Assembly (NCBI GenBank): GCA_951406725.2
Contig: OX597824.1
Span: 45,818,001 to 45,882,000 of the forward strand
Origin: Octopus vulgaris
Lineage: Eukaryota
Direction of reading: 5' to 3'
Length of the DNA: 64,000 nt
Within the stretch, counting starts at the first letter, position 1. Each line of letters begins with the position of its first letter. Made by a program: the position numbers and the translations under genes. This document shows positions 55,601-64,000 of this stretch, one piece after another. Under the pieces are notes generated by a model that was given only the letters and a program-made list of their open reading frames with translations, did not search any database and was not told the origin of the DNA.

Positions 55601-58600
55601 ATACATGATTAATTCAAAACAATGTGACTAAATAAGTATTACATTTGACAAGAATAAGCTGAATGCTAAAGAGCTAAGGTAGTTGGTTTGATGTTCAGGA
55701 GCAATCTGCACATGGTCAATTTAGTTTATTGGTATAGTGATAATAGGTTGACACTGAAGAGATTATTGTAATTAAGAGTTGAGGAGGAAGAGGTCTAGAA
55801 GCAGAGATGGTGCAGATCCATATAGAACATATGTTTCTAGTAGCTTAGAATCAAGTTTCATTACTTTTCTCTCCATTATGACAGTGCAGTGTGTCTCAAA
55901 ATAATTGTGCTTATGTGCCAAGTAAACATTATTGAAGTCTTGTATGAGATAGCTAGGAGTTACATACGTGTGCATTTGGTGTTATCAACTGATGTGAAAT
56001 ACAAGACAATGCTGTCTAGTTTTTTTCTGTTTGTCTGGTTCTAATGTCAATTGCTTCTTGTGGCCTCAGTGAAGAGAAAATATTTCATTGAATGAAGAAT
56101 ACATGTAGAATGGTGGAAGCCTACACAAAGCAGGACAAATAGAAATAGAAGCTATATAAGTTAGTTGAAACATAGTTAATAAAGCAATTAAGCACAGAGA
56201 AGACAAGGAAATCTGCAGGTTCTACAGATAGTTGTTGATGAATCAAGTTATGAAAAAAGAGAGAAATAGTAAACTTAAAGCAAATACATTCAGGATGTAG
56301 AGCAAAGTTCAGAACTTGTAGCTAGTTCCAGAAAGAATTTAAAAGCAATGGTCAGACATTATCAGGGTCCTGTTCTAAGCTTCTCATATTCATAATAGTT
56401 CTTTAAACAATACAAAAATTCAGGACTGAATATTCTTAGAATTTTTTATATACTGATTACTTCGTTCTCATTGCAGTCTGCCAAAGAGAAACAAAGAAAG
56501 CTTAAAACCAGAAAGGGTCTGTTACTAATAACAGCTGAAGTAATAAACAGTAATAAATAGTTCTAAAACTGTATTGTCTTGACTGCAACATCAACTAAAA
56601 GTAAATGAACTTTGGTAAGCATTGCTTGAATGTCCTTTTTAGCTCTGTTAACTGATAATATTTCCTAGATAAATAACACACTTTCTGTAGCCTAGTTGTA
56701 TCATTTGCAGTCATATAGAGTTGTTAGAATTTATGCACAATTCAATGAAGTTAGTGTTGTTAATGATCATTTGAAAAAACATCTATGGTAAAGGAATCTT
56801 AGAGAGCTACAGTTCTGAAAATGAAGATCTGAATAATAAAATGTTAAATGTGGAGTTTAGAGAATGAGATGTATGTCTATGGGGAATGGTATCCAAATAA
56901 AGATAGAAAGGATTTTAGACACACAAAACCATGTTTAAAAAAACAACAAAATAAAAACAATACAGAGTTTCAGGATTGAATGTTCTTTATACTCATTACT
57001 TAGTTAGCCTAAGACAAGCAAAGAAAGTTTTAAATCTGAAAAGGCTTGTTACTGATTACAAATGAAAAAATAAATAGTAGTAGAGAACACAAAATTATTT
57101 GAGAAGTGGTCTGGTTTGATATGTAAGGTGTATGCTTAGTACCAACAATGGGTGCATGAAACACAAAGTAGAATCTTTGGCAGGTATGAAATGAAGTCCA
57201 AAAAAGTGATCATATAAATATTGGATATAGTAAAAATATGGGAATGTAAGAAAAAGGTAGCAACAAAGGGTTCTTCTCTTAATGCCAAAAGAGACTGTAT
57301 GAAAAGTGTGTTAGAAGCGTGGTGCAGGTATTGGGACATGAGACAATGAAGACAGAAAATCTACAGAGACAAGTGAATTATCGTACATGTGTAATGTCAA
57401 CTTGTCTGAAAACTGAGTACAGATGAATCAAGAAGATACAGCTGCACATGTACAAACATGTGCTATGAATGAATGACACTATAAAATATTATAATTTATT
57501 TGGTGGAAGGTACTCGTGTCAAAGGAATGTATAATAATTACTAGTGAAGTTGATTCTTAGCATGCTGGGCCTAAATGGCTGAACGATACATGTCGAAGAC
57601 GGGTGACAATATGTCATAGGGTAGAAAACGTCTGGTAGTTAAACAATGAGAATAGTAAGAATAAGTATATGGCTATGAGTAGATGCAACTTCAATGTTAA
57701 GTGCACACAAAATGATGTTGGTCACTGACAATGTAGAATGATTTAAATCCAATATCAAAGTATTTAACATACATTTTTTTACATTTCTTTCTAATATTTA
57801 GATTTCTAAAATAACTAAACAATAAAAGAAAGAAAAAAATATAAAAAAGAAACAGGAAATTTATAAAATTCATAATAGAACAAAGGAAGAATGTTTATCA
57901 ATTCATTAAAATTATAAATACTGAAAGTCTAGAATTACCAAAATTACACTATTTGATCAGGGGAAAATGTACTATCTTTATAAACTGTTTTTTAGATCCT
58001 CCAATGGCAGATAGGTATAATTCAAGTTATGAGTGAAGTTAGTGTTAAAATACTGATAAGTTGAATTAAGAAGATCTGGATGAATGAAATGTCAAATATG
58101 GAGTTTAGGGAATGGGATGTATGTCTCTAGGGACTGGTATCTAAATAGAGAGGGAAAGGATTTTAGATACACAAAGCCATGGTTATGACTAAGGCAGTCA
58201 GACTGTACTAATTGTAAAAAAAGCTTGCCTTTCTATGGTCTGTAAAACCTACCACTACTTTACAGTTATCTAAACTGTTATTAAGTTTTAATACAGTTCA
58301 ACTATTTGAAAAATATCAAAGTGAAGCAGTAGAGTCCACGGAAACTAGCGATGGTCTGTACATACCAAATTGTTGGTACCAGAAGTTCACTAACTTGCCA
58401 GGAGGAAGAAGAGTGTGCCTCTTTACGTTTTAAGTTCAAATTGCACTGAAGTCAACTTTGCTTTTCATCGTGGGGAGGGGGCGTTAAATGAAATACCAGC
58501 TAAGTACTGGAGTCGATGTTACCGACTAACACCCTCCTTCAAAATTGCTAGCCTTGTACGAAAATTACAAACAATATTACTATTATTGTAAAAGCGGTGA

Positions 58601-61066
58601 ACTGGCAGAATCGTTAGCACGCCAGACAAAACGCTTAGCGGCATTTCGTCTGTCTCTACGCTCTGAGTTCAAATTCCACCGAGGTCGCTGGAGTCGATGT
58701 AATCGACTAGCCTCCTTCCCAAGAAAATTTCTGGCCTTGTGCCTATAGCAGACATTAACCAGGATTATTATTAGAGGAATCAATTTAATCACTTTATCGT
58801 GGTTTATCAAGAAGCATTATCATTTTTGTAAAGGCAATAAAATCTATAAATTGCTCCTAGTTAATTGCCGTCAAACTAAACAAATAAAGCAGCAAAAATT
58901 TAAAATAAGAACCCTACCACAGACCGGAAGAAAGGGTGTGTTTGTGTATGTTGTAATTCCCTCGACCTATTCAATTGCAGTAGTCACAACTTTCACCACG
59001 TTCTCTTAAATCTTAATGAAGGAATCATTTAATATCTGAAGATAATCGAACACTTTGATAAAACTTCCTCAGTGACATCGACTTAATGGATCAAAGCCAA
59101 CTCAGGATTACTTAACACCACAACAACGACAAAGATATATGTCGTAGATACACGAATAATTTAATCCGTTTGATCATTAATATTTACACAACAATTAATA
59201 ATGTTTCAAGAGATCATTACGCAGACACTGACACGAAATAAGTAATTCGATTAGGAAACAAACAAACAAAAAAATTGGTAGGTGTTTACACATCTGTAGT
59301 TATGCTGTTTCAAAGATATAATATATGTTGTTGAATACTAAGTAAACCTATACAAATATAGACAAGAAGAAACTTAAGTCTAACTTCACCTATCATGGGA
59401 ATCGTAGGCAGGTGCGAGAAGGGTGGCTAGCTGGTGATGGGTGACGAGAACATTTAGCTGTCTATTTATTTATAGTGTAACGGAGCGATACATTCCACGC
59501 AATTAAAAAAGAGCAGATATTGTCAATAAAGGCACTAACAAAACATTAAAGAAACCCCTGTAATCCAATTATCAATATTTCACACCAAACTATGTACATA
59601 TATTTTGGTGGTGCAACTGATGCTTTGCATCGCCTCATAAAATGAGTCAACGAGAGAGCGTCTATATCGTCACTCTAACTGCTAGAAATAACAGTCAAAT
59701 TTTCTTTCAAATTACTCCCCCTACCTCGTTATTAAAAAGGAAATGACACGATATATAAATGTAATCCTAGATAACCCTAAACAAACGGGATGTGAGCCAC
59801 GGCCGGAAATCTTTTGATGATAAGTTTGCTTCATCAGTGATGTGGAGTTAAACAACGCAAGAAACTTATACATGAAACGTTATGTATCAAAACACATGAA
59901 AAAAAAAATACTATTCTTTTTGTTACAGATAAATTATCACTTGCTTGAAGGTCCTGTGCAAATTCAGAGGCGCAAGGGACCGACTAAACTGATATATATA
60001 TATATAATAAAATTATCAGAAACTGCGAAAATATGGAGGTGAGTGAATTTATAGTTACACCTACATATTAACATCGACGCTTTAGATTTGTAAGAAAAAG
60101 AAAAAAAGAGAGAGAGTTATTAGAATCATGCATAACAACATGTGTGAAACTGTTCCATGAATTTATGTTAGTTGCAGATTCTGAAGTTACATCATGGGGT
60201 CCTCTTACACATCCTAGATACACAGTGGCACACCTGCATAGCGATCTTACTTGATCGTCTTCTTCTCAAGCATCTGATTAATAACGGTTTACCTTATTGC
60301 AGTAACAAACTTGTTTGCAGGTGGAATATCGTCACAAACGAAAGAATGCCACAATATTGATCAAAATCTGTGGCTAGTTAAATGATGAAAACTAGTGCAA
60401 GTTATAAATAACACAATAAACACAACAAACTAACACTTATGTAGTCGCTCGATCTGCTAGAACTAGTAAAATAAATTCCAGCTCACTTTTTTAAAAGGGA
60501 AAGAACACATAAGACTGTGTAATCTTTCCAACACACTAGGAAAATAAAAATAGACAACGTGGGAATATCTTTGATTACAGGTATGTTTAATTAGGGCCGA
60601 CCTGATGGTGAACAAGCAATAAACATAACTGCTTTATAGTCAGAGGTCTGATAACAATCAGCAACAATAGAAAATAATAATAATAATATATAGATAGATA
60701 GATAGATTCTTGTAAAACAAATATAGCGGCATTTTTTCGATATCGAGAGAATGCCAATATAGCTTTATATAGTGACATTCCAAAGACTGACTCAAGAAGT
60801 ATTATTTAACCAACTCAGCAGTTTTGGAACTTATGTACTGTTGATACGTCACTCAAAATAAAATGAGAACAAAACTGAAGAAATGAAAATTTAAAAAATG
60901 CAGAATAGTTAAAGCTGTTTTGTTAAGTTATACACTATTATTATTAACATTATTCTTTTTTATTTATAAGTATTTCTGAAAACCATAATTTGCATACATT
61001 TTACTAGGAAGAGGAAAAATGTACTCTTCTGCTTGTTTCCTTCCTTTTCACAGAATAAGCATACAT

Positions 61067-61121
<55 letters not shown>

Positions 61122-61446
61122 CATACATACATACACATACATACGTATGTATGAGTCGGACTTTTTTTAAACCACCAAAGAAGTAAAAAGATTCGAGGCT
61201 TGTTTTGGGCAAACTTGGAAACGAAAAAAAAAGTGTTCTATGCATGCATTTGACGTACACACAAATCAGATAGATTGACGTGAAGCTGTAACTTAACTGA
61301 AATTAACAGAAAATAAAACAATTTTTTTTTCCAAATTGAAAGCGTAAGATAATTCTATAACAAGCGGTGTAATCACAGCATACAACACTCATTATTGTTG
61401 AAATTGACGTACACTTACGCTGTCTGAAGCCAGGTGGCACATCCAT
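1030..61446 (-). CDS. YIF1B: YIF1 / YIF1B-like Yip1-interacting factor, spliced CDS join of 61419-61446, 34386-34487, 31445-31599, 29499-29603, 27928-28006, 23836-23893, 21947-22102, 3020-3113, 1030-1182 (930 nt, 309 aa)
   Basis: Manual splice assembly gives [32 protein letters not shown]...[63 protein letters not shown]...[23 protein letters not shown]...[18 protein letters not shown]...[11 protein letters not shown]...[43 protein letters not shown] and YSGYKYVG are YIF1-family motifs. All introns are GT-AG and phases match. Invertebrates have one YIF1A/B co-orthologue, so the B label is conventional. Confidence 0.95.
1441..2528 (-). mobile_element. RTE-clade LINE, 5'-truncated 3' portion with (GAT)n tail
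   Basis: [17 protein letters not shown]...[17 protein letters not shown] (ORF 2359..2658), a 3'UTR with ~60-bp internal repeats, and tail catcatcatcatttaacg. Confidence 0.9.
2916..3013. repeat. (TA)n-(TAC)n-(TAA)n compound microsatellite abutting the exon 8 donor. Many other (TA)n/(CA)n tracts occur, e.g. 4662-4815, 38766-38963, 40613-40708, 61060-61152
   Basis: Directly visible. Confidence 0.95.
3020..3113 (-). CDS. YIF1B: YIF1 coding exon 8 ([31 protein letters not shown])
   Basis: tttccag| acceptor, |gtaagt donor, 94 nt. N-terminal half of ORF 2915..3112. Confidence 0.95.
3875..4198. repeat. Long inverted repeat (~120-bp arms), Penelope-like inverted terminus
   Basis: 3875-3992 is the reverse complement of 4078-4198. 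Related to 14311-14810. Confidence 0.85.
4250..4661 (+). mobile_element. RTE LINE 3'UTR fragment
   Basis: Same 3'UTR repeats (gtgccggtggcacataaaaagcacc), ending ttaaacgatgatgatg. Confidence 0.85.
6079..6113 (-). ncRNA. Minimal type I hammerhead ribozyme motif in a Penelope-like pLTR relic (~5990-6190)
   Basis: Minus strand reads gttt-CTGAGGA-a-gagc-tcc-gctt-GAAA-C-GTT-aaac: stem I, CUGANGA core, stem II, GAAA, and a minimal palindromic stem III (AACGUU). Confidence 0.6.
6331..6491 (+). mobile_element. Isolated 160-bp fragment of the same hAT transposase 5' region
   Basis: Near-identical to 11890-12051 (aagaaacttggacattagattacttcttcattgagcacagt...). Confidence 0.85.
6805..7028. mobile_element. 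piggyBac-type MITE family A (TTAA|CCCTTTCGTTAC...GTAATGAAAGAG|TTAA). Decayed or nested copies at ~37370-37580 and 41860-43012
   Basis: TTAA flanks, CCC...GGG-like termini, ~220 bp, non-coding. Confidence 0.75.
7881..8484. repeat. Long inverted repeat (~250-270-bp arms), Penelope-like terminus
   Basis: ~7881-8152 pairs with ~8209-8484 with scattered mismatches. Contains ctgatga, with gaaacagctgt nearby on the minus strand. Confidence 0.85.
8560..10482 (+). mobile_element. RTE-clade LINE (RT domain to tail), decayed
   Basis: [25 protein letters not shown] and GSETW motifs with stops and frameshifts. (GAT)n tail at ~10470. Confidence 0.92.
9029..9362 (+). repeat. Apparently exact 167-bp tandem duplication inside the RTE copy
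   Basis: 9029-9195 equals 9196-9362. Identical peptides appear in ORFs 8868..9188 and 9074..9385. Confidence 0.93.
10996..13987 (+). mobile_element. Full-length hAT DNA transposon (SPIN/Charlie, GTF2IRD2-like transposase), inactivated
   Basis: TIRs caggggtcagcaac / gttgccgacccctg. 8-bp TSD atttagat / gtctagat (NTCTAGAN type). Disrupted transposase ~11884-13732 with [34 protein letters not shown] and C-terminal QVSH*. Confidence 0.92.
14311..14712. repeat. Long inverted repeat (~165-bp arms), same family as 3875-4198
   Basis: 14311-14478 pairs with 14548-14712. Flank 14755-14810 is the reverse complement of 3770-3818. Confidence 0.85.
17497..17820 (+). mobile_element. Third tRNA-derived SINE
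   Basis: tggcttagt (A box), gggtttgattccc (B box), then a cttgagcaagacacttta...cactcagctg central domain. Confidence 0.65.
18685..19020 (+). mobile_element. Second tRNA-derived (CORE-like) SINE family. Other copies or fragments at ~1320-1440, 6510-6735, 7345-7500, 10490-10700, 19855-20220(-), 31670-32045(-), 33610-33790, 63375-63960
   Basis: gtggtaagaagcttgcttccc...ggttcagtcc...ccttgggcaagtgtc, internal (TA)n, 3' end ccagcatggccacagtc...tgaaacaagtaaaa. Confidence 0.8.
19021..19330 (+). mobile_element. HERO-like (RLE non-LTR) retrotransposon 3' end
   Basis: Translates as EAGCSGFA...[26 protein letters not shown], matching the EVGCRGF...ASRWLW C-terminus of HERO-type elements. A-rich tail. 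Confidence 0.7.
19385..19596. mobile_element. piggyBac-type MITE family B (TTAA|CCCT.TAGC...GCTAAAGGG|TTAA). Other copies at ~15455-15675, 41600-41800, 46010-46228, 55450-55677
   Basis: Five related ~210-bp copies with shared termini. Confidence 0.75.
21947..22102 (-). CDS. YIF1B: YIF1 coding exon 7 ([20 protein letters not shown]...AYSGYKYVG)
   Basis: ttttcag| acceptor, |gtgagt donor, 156 nt. Confidence 0.97.
23836..23893 (-). CDS. YIF1B: YIF1 coding exon 6 ([20 protein letters not shown]), first TM helix
   Basis: gtttcag| acceptor, |gtttgt donor, 58 nt. Confidence 0.95.
24170..25545 (-). mobile_element. RTE-clade LINE 3' half, decayed
   Basis: ORFs 25400..25609, 24869..25171 and 24640..24978 are RTE RT C-terminal pieces. 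3'UTR and tail at ~24170-24195. Confidence 0.92.
26519..26757 (+). mobile_element. Same Meta-like SINE family, TSD ataaaattattat. Other copies at ~2697-2910(-), 22595-22790(+), 23215-23420(-), 33810-34010(-), 40935-41140(-), 43705-43920(-), 44485-44940(- x2), 58590-58745(+), 63491-63722(+)
   Basis: Shared A/B boxes and gactttgcctttcatcc...ggggtcgat body. Confidence 0.85.
27405..27819 (+). mobile_element. Possible solo LTR
   Basis: Termini tgttgtgatt...aatctcaaca, with CCAAT (27448), TATAAA (27527) and AATAAA (27789) in LTR order. No clean TSD. Confidence 0.4.
27928..28006 (-). CDS. YIF1B: YIF1 coding exon 5 ([26 protein letters not shown])
   Basis: ttaccag| acceptor, |gtaagt donor, 79 nt, NAPDLYIP motif. 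Confidence 0.97.
29499..29603 (-). CDS. YIF1B: YIF1 coding exon 4 ([35 protein letters not shown])
   Basis: tttacag| acceptor, |gtaagt donor, 105 nt, LKYYFAVD motif. Confidence 0.97.
31035..31420. repeat. Degenerate ~33-bp minisatellite (gacagtaatgttaatgactaatgatgatggtaat-like)
   Basis: About ten diverged units next to the exon 3 donor. Confidence 0.75.
31445..31599 (-). CDS. YIF1B: YIF1 coding exon 3 (GYPPSSG...[25 protein letters not shown])
   Basis: ttgttattag| acceptor, |gtatgg donor, 155 nt. Matches part of ORF 31304..31717. Confidence 0.95.
32155..33468 (+). mobile_element. Full-length mariner (DD34D, irritans/Hsmar2-like) element with frameshifted transposase
   Basis: TA TSDs at 32153-32154 and 33469-33470. 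TIRs cgaggg.cgttcaataagtaatgcc. Transposase ~32347-33395 with [22 protein letters not shown] and [11 protein letters not shown], split by several frameshifts. Confidence 0.95.
34386..34487 (-). CDS. YIF1B: YIF1 coding exon 2 ([33 protein letters not shown])
   Basis: tttcccttgcag| acceptor, |gtaac donor, 102 nt, LFEDTS motif. Confidence 0.9.
35630..37240 (-). mobile_element. HERO-like RLE-type non-LTR retrotransposon fragment (RT plus zinc knuckle)
   Basis: [51 protein letters not shown]. Multiple frameshifts, truncated at both ends. Confidence 0.85.
38050..38362 (+). mobile_element. RTE LINE 3'UTR fragment (further short copies at ~17830-18215, 20250-20520 minus, 30190-30445)
   Basis: Same 3'UTR and tail sequence. 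Confidence 0.8.
38609..38765. repeat. 48-bp-arm inverted repeat (46/48 match), 61-nt spacer
   Basis: aattacagtgtacatttaaac...ggccataacaggacat and its reverse complement. Confidence 0.9.
39705..40068 (+). mobile_element. Young RTE LINE 3'UTR insertion
   Basis: RTE 3'UTR with most CpGs intact, ending gcggatgctaaacgatgatgatga. Confidence 0.88.
42703..42898. mobile_element. ~196-bp MITE with ~30-bp TIRs and 8-bp TSD (cataaatt), inserted in a piggyBac MITE
   Basis: ggaattttggtttaagcacccca / tggggtgcttaaaccataattcc. cataaatt at 42695-42702 and 42899-42906. Confidence 0.8.
43930..44488 (+). mobile_element. Non-LTR element 3'UTR relic with (AAT)n tail, shorter copy at 43568-43700
   Basis: Both copies end cactttgat..cat.cactgctctc.cactca.taataat. 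Family not determined. Confidence 0.55.
48195..50760 (-). mobile_element. Old RTE/RTEX-clade LINE (APE plus RT), a second family, internally deleted
   Basis: [17 protein letters not shown] (APE), [38 protein letters not shown]. Confidence 0.85.
51420..51690 (+). mobile_element. RTE-clade LINE linker fragment
   Basis: Reads [12 protein letters not shown]...[15 protein letters not shown]. Confidence 0.55.
51760..54390 (-). mobile_element. RTE-clade LINE, APE endonuclease plus RT, decayed and 3'-truncated
   Basis: [23 protein letters not shown] (APE). [38 protein letters not shown] (RT). Confidence 0.95.
56200..57450 (+). mobile_element. Highly decayed RTE LINE remnants
   Basis: 56355-56520 resembles the [15 protein letters not shown]...LYADDL segment. 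57340-57430 resembles the downstream region. Confidence 0.45.
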
Positions 61447-61520
61447 CCCTATGACAGCAGGAGTTCGGTCTGACTAAAACTGGCTGACGTAGATACACGT
61501 CGCACACAACTTACTTTAAT
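61250..61520 (-). promoter_or_regulatory. Putative YIF1 promoter / 5' region with four TGACGT (CRE/UPRE-like) motifs
   Basis: TGACGT at 61251, 61276 (TGACGTG), 61405 and 61485 around exon 1. CpGs are retained locally. Confidence 0.5.
61419..61446 (-). CDS. YIF1B: YIF1 coding exon 1 ([10 protein letters not shown]), 28 nt, phase 1
   Basis: ATG GAT GTG CCA CCT GGC TTC AGA CAG C|gtaagt. Consensus donor, phase fits exon 2, and it lies in a CpG-retaining promoter-like region. Confidence 0.72.
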
Positions 61521-62722
61521 GTTCATCAGCAATGAAGAGCTATGTAAAGGGAACTAACTTAAACACAGTTACGAAATACTCCGAGCCAACTTCTTTTATT
61601 GTTACTCATATATTTTTAGCGTGTTTATTTATAACCGTCTACAGGAATGGAGTAGATGATTCTTCCAAGGAGTCAAGGGCCAAAATGCTTGTATGAGCGG
61701 GGTTTTCTTCTCTGAAGACCTTCTGCCGTTCAGCTCTCACTTGATTTTCTTACTACTACTTGATATTTTTTAGCGTGTTTATAACTGTCTACAGGTATGA
61801 GTTAGACGATTCTGTAAATTCAGATATTTAAATCAATTGCAAGATTTTACAGCTGGTTTTTTTTTTAATGCAAATTATTTTAATATGAACTACATCATCA
61901 GCTACTCAATCGGCAGCGGTAGGCGCTAAAGGACGCGACGAAACATGGATTAACAAGAGAACTTCTACGTGATGGCTTGATCCAGTAAAAGTAGTAGATA
62001 AATGTCCTTAAAAACCACATCCATCATCAAAATGGAAGTACACATTAAGTAATATAGTCTTAGATAACCATGACTCTGAAAAGATGAACTGATAGCTGCA
62101 CTGCCTTTGGTTACGGGTCTGCTCGATCACGGTTGATGTGCTGCTAAAAGCAATTAGGCAGATGAAAGTTCCTATAGAATGACAAAAAACTTCTATGTAA
62201 ATGCTTGACCTGAAGATTTAAGCAGCCAAATTTCCCTTAAAGTTCATAAACAATTTTTCACTGAACTCCAGTATTACTTAAGAAAGTAGGAATTGTAGTG
62301 TAACTTGTAGGCTAAGGGCTTAAAGTAGTCCCTATAATATGGAGATCAGAGAATAATGTGAGCGAAGGGATGAGGGATAGTACGTGGGTGGTAATGGGGG
62401 TATTAGGCAGGGGAGAGTAAAGTGATTATTGGGAAAATGAGAGAGGCTACTGAAAAGTAGTAAAATTTCGATAGGTTAATTGTGTTGTAATGCAACACCT
62501 TATAGAAACTAGGAGAAATCTACTTAATCAAAAGCATAGAAATGAAGATTCAGGAAGTCTGTTTATAAGCAGACTACAAAAGAAATATCTAGAGCAATTA
62601 CAACAGATATGTATCAGTTACTGTCATTCCATTCAATATCTGTGTCTCTTAGTATGAGAGTTACAGCTGGCTGAATCTGTAGAATGCCAGCCTACATGCC
62701 AAAGGTAGGCTACTGTTCCTAT

Positions 62723-62943
62723 AGGCGGCGAGCTGGAAGAATCGTTAGCACACCGGGCGAAATGCGTAGCCGTATTTCGTCTGCCGCTACCTTCTGAGTT
62801 CAAATTCCGCCGAGGTTGACTTTGCCTTTCATCCTTACGGGGTCGATTATATAAGTACCAGTTACGCACTGGAGTCGATATTATCGATTCAATCCGTTTG
62901 TTTGTCCTCTCTGTGTTTAGCCCCTTGTGGGTAGTAAAGAAAT
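62723..62943 (+). mobile_element. tRNA-derived SINE with Meta-like central domain, young, 20-bp TSD
   Basis: ggcggcgagctgg (A box)...gagttcaaattcc (B box)...gcctttcatcctt..ggggtcgat. TSD aggtaggctactgttcctat at 62703-62722 and 62944-62963. Confidence 0.9.
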
Positions 62944-64000
62944 AGGTAGGCTACTGTTCCTATCCTGTCAGCAGTTCTGTGGTGTCATTATAACATACTC
63001 ATATCTCTCAAAAACCCATTTTAAACTAGGTAACATATGGAGATACAGCTCATAGATGGAAAGAACAAGAGTGCTAAAATTGATCAGAGTACAGGAAAAA
63101 ACTAATACAAGAAAATTCATTTCCTCCCATAGACATTAAATTGAAAAAAAAGAAAGTTTAAATATGAGGGATTATTAAGAACTAGTGCTAAACACTAACT
63201 TAATGGCATTTATCGAATGAGATAAATCTTCCTCTATTGGATCTCTTGTCTTTTACTTGTTTCAGTTATTGGATTGTGGCCATGTCTTGAAGGGTTTAGT
63301 CAAATTGACAATACTCATTTTGTTAGTCTCGTTGGCCAAATAACAAACTCACTAGAAAGTAAACAAACCAGCATTATAGCCTCGGGTCGACCAAAGCCTT
63401 GAGAGTGGATTTGGTAGATGGAACTGAAAGAAGCCCGTCATATATACATACACACACATGTATACACAAGTATATATCGAATGCGTGTCGAAGGCGGCGA
63501 GCTGGCAGAAACGTTAGCTCGCCGGGGGAAATGCGTAGCCGTATTTCGTCTGCCGTTACGTTCTGTGTTCAAATGCCGCCAAGGTTGACTTTGCCTTTCA
63601 TCCTTTCAGGGTCGATTAAATAAGTACCAGTTACGCACTGGGGTCGATGTAATCGACTTCATCTCTTAGTCTGTCCTTGTTTGTCCCCTCTATGTTTAGC
63701 CCCTTGTGGGTAGTAAAGAAATATATATATCGATGTGTGTGTCTTTGTGTCTGTGTTTGTCCCTCCATCACCACTTGACAAGCGGTGATGTGTTTATGTT
63801 GCCCTAATCTAGCAGTTCAGCAAAAGGGATCAATAGAATAAGTATTACACTTAAAAATAAGTTCTGTGGTCGATTTTTCAAGTAAAAGCCTTCAATGTGG
63901 TGGTTCATCATAGCCACAATCAAAATGACTGAAACGAGTAAAAGAATAAAAGAATAATGAAGAAAAAACAACATTGGTTCAATGACTAATATTATTTTAA

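Noticed and set aside
62723-62810. tRNA-like A/B boxes
   Set aside because: SINE heads with no cloverleaf, followed by a SINE body and TSD.

Overview
AT-rich, repeat-dense eukaryotic DNA. The SINE/RTE/Penelope/MITE repertoire and the (TA)n/(AAT)n/(GAT)n microsatellites point to an octopod cephalopod (inference from repeat families, not checked). Almost the whole window is one minus-strand gene, the YIF1 (YIF1B-like, Yip1-family ER-Golgi membrane protein) orthologue. I assembled it by hand from 9 coding exons with GT-AG boundaries and consistent phases (61446->1030, 930 nt, 309 aa plus stop); exon 1 is the least certain. Its introns (about 27 kb for intron 1, about 19 kb for intron 7) hold decayed mobile elements: RTE-clade LINEs, HERO-like RLE retrotransposon pieces, a full-length hAT (SPIN/Charlie-like) element, a full-length mariner, piggyBac-type MITEs, tRNA-derived SINEs and Penelope-like inverted termini. 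No intact TE ORF was found, and nearly all short ORFs in the track are repeat or microsatellite noise. I see no clearly new multi-gene system. The best leads are minimal hammerhead-ribozyme motifs on the pre-mRNA strand, long fold-back and inverted-repeat structures around exons, candidate alternative first exons and a microexon, and a TGACGT cluster at the promoter.
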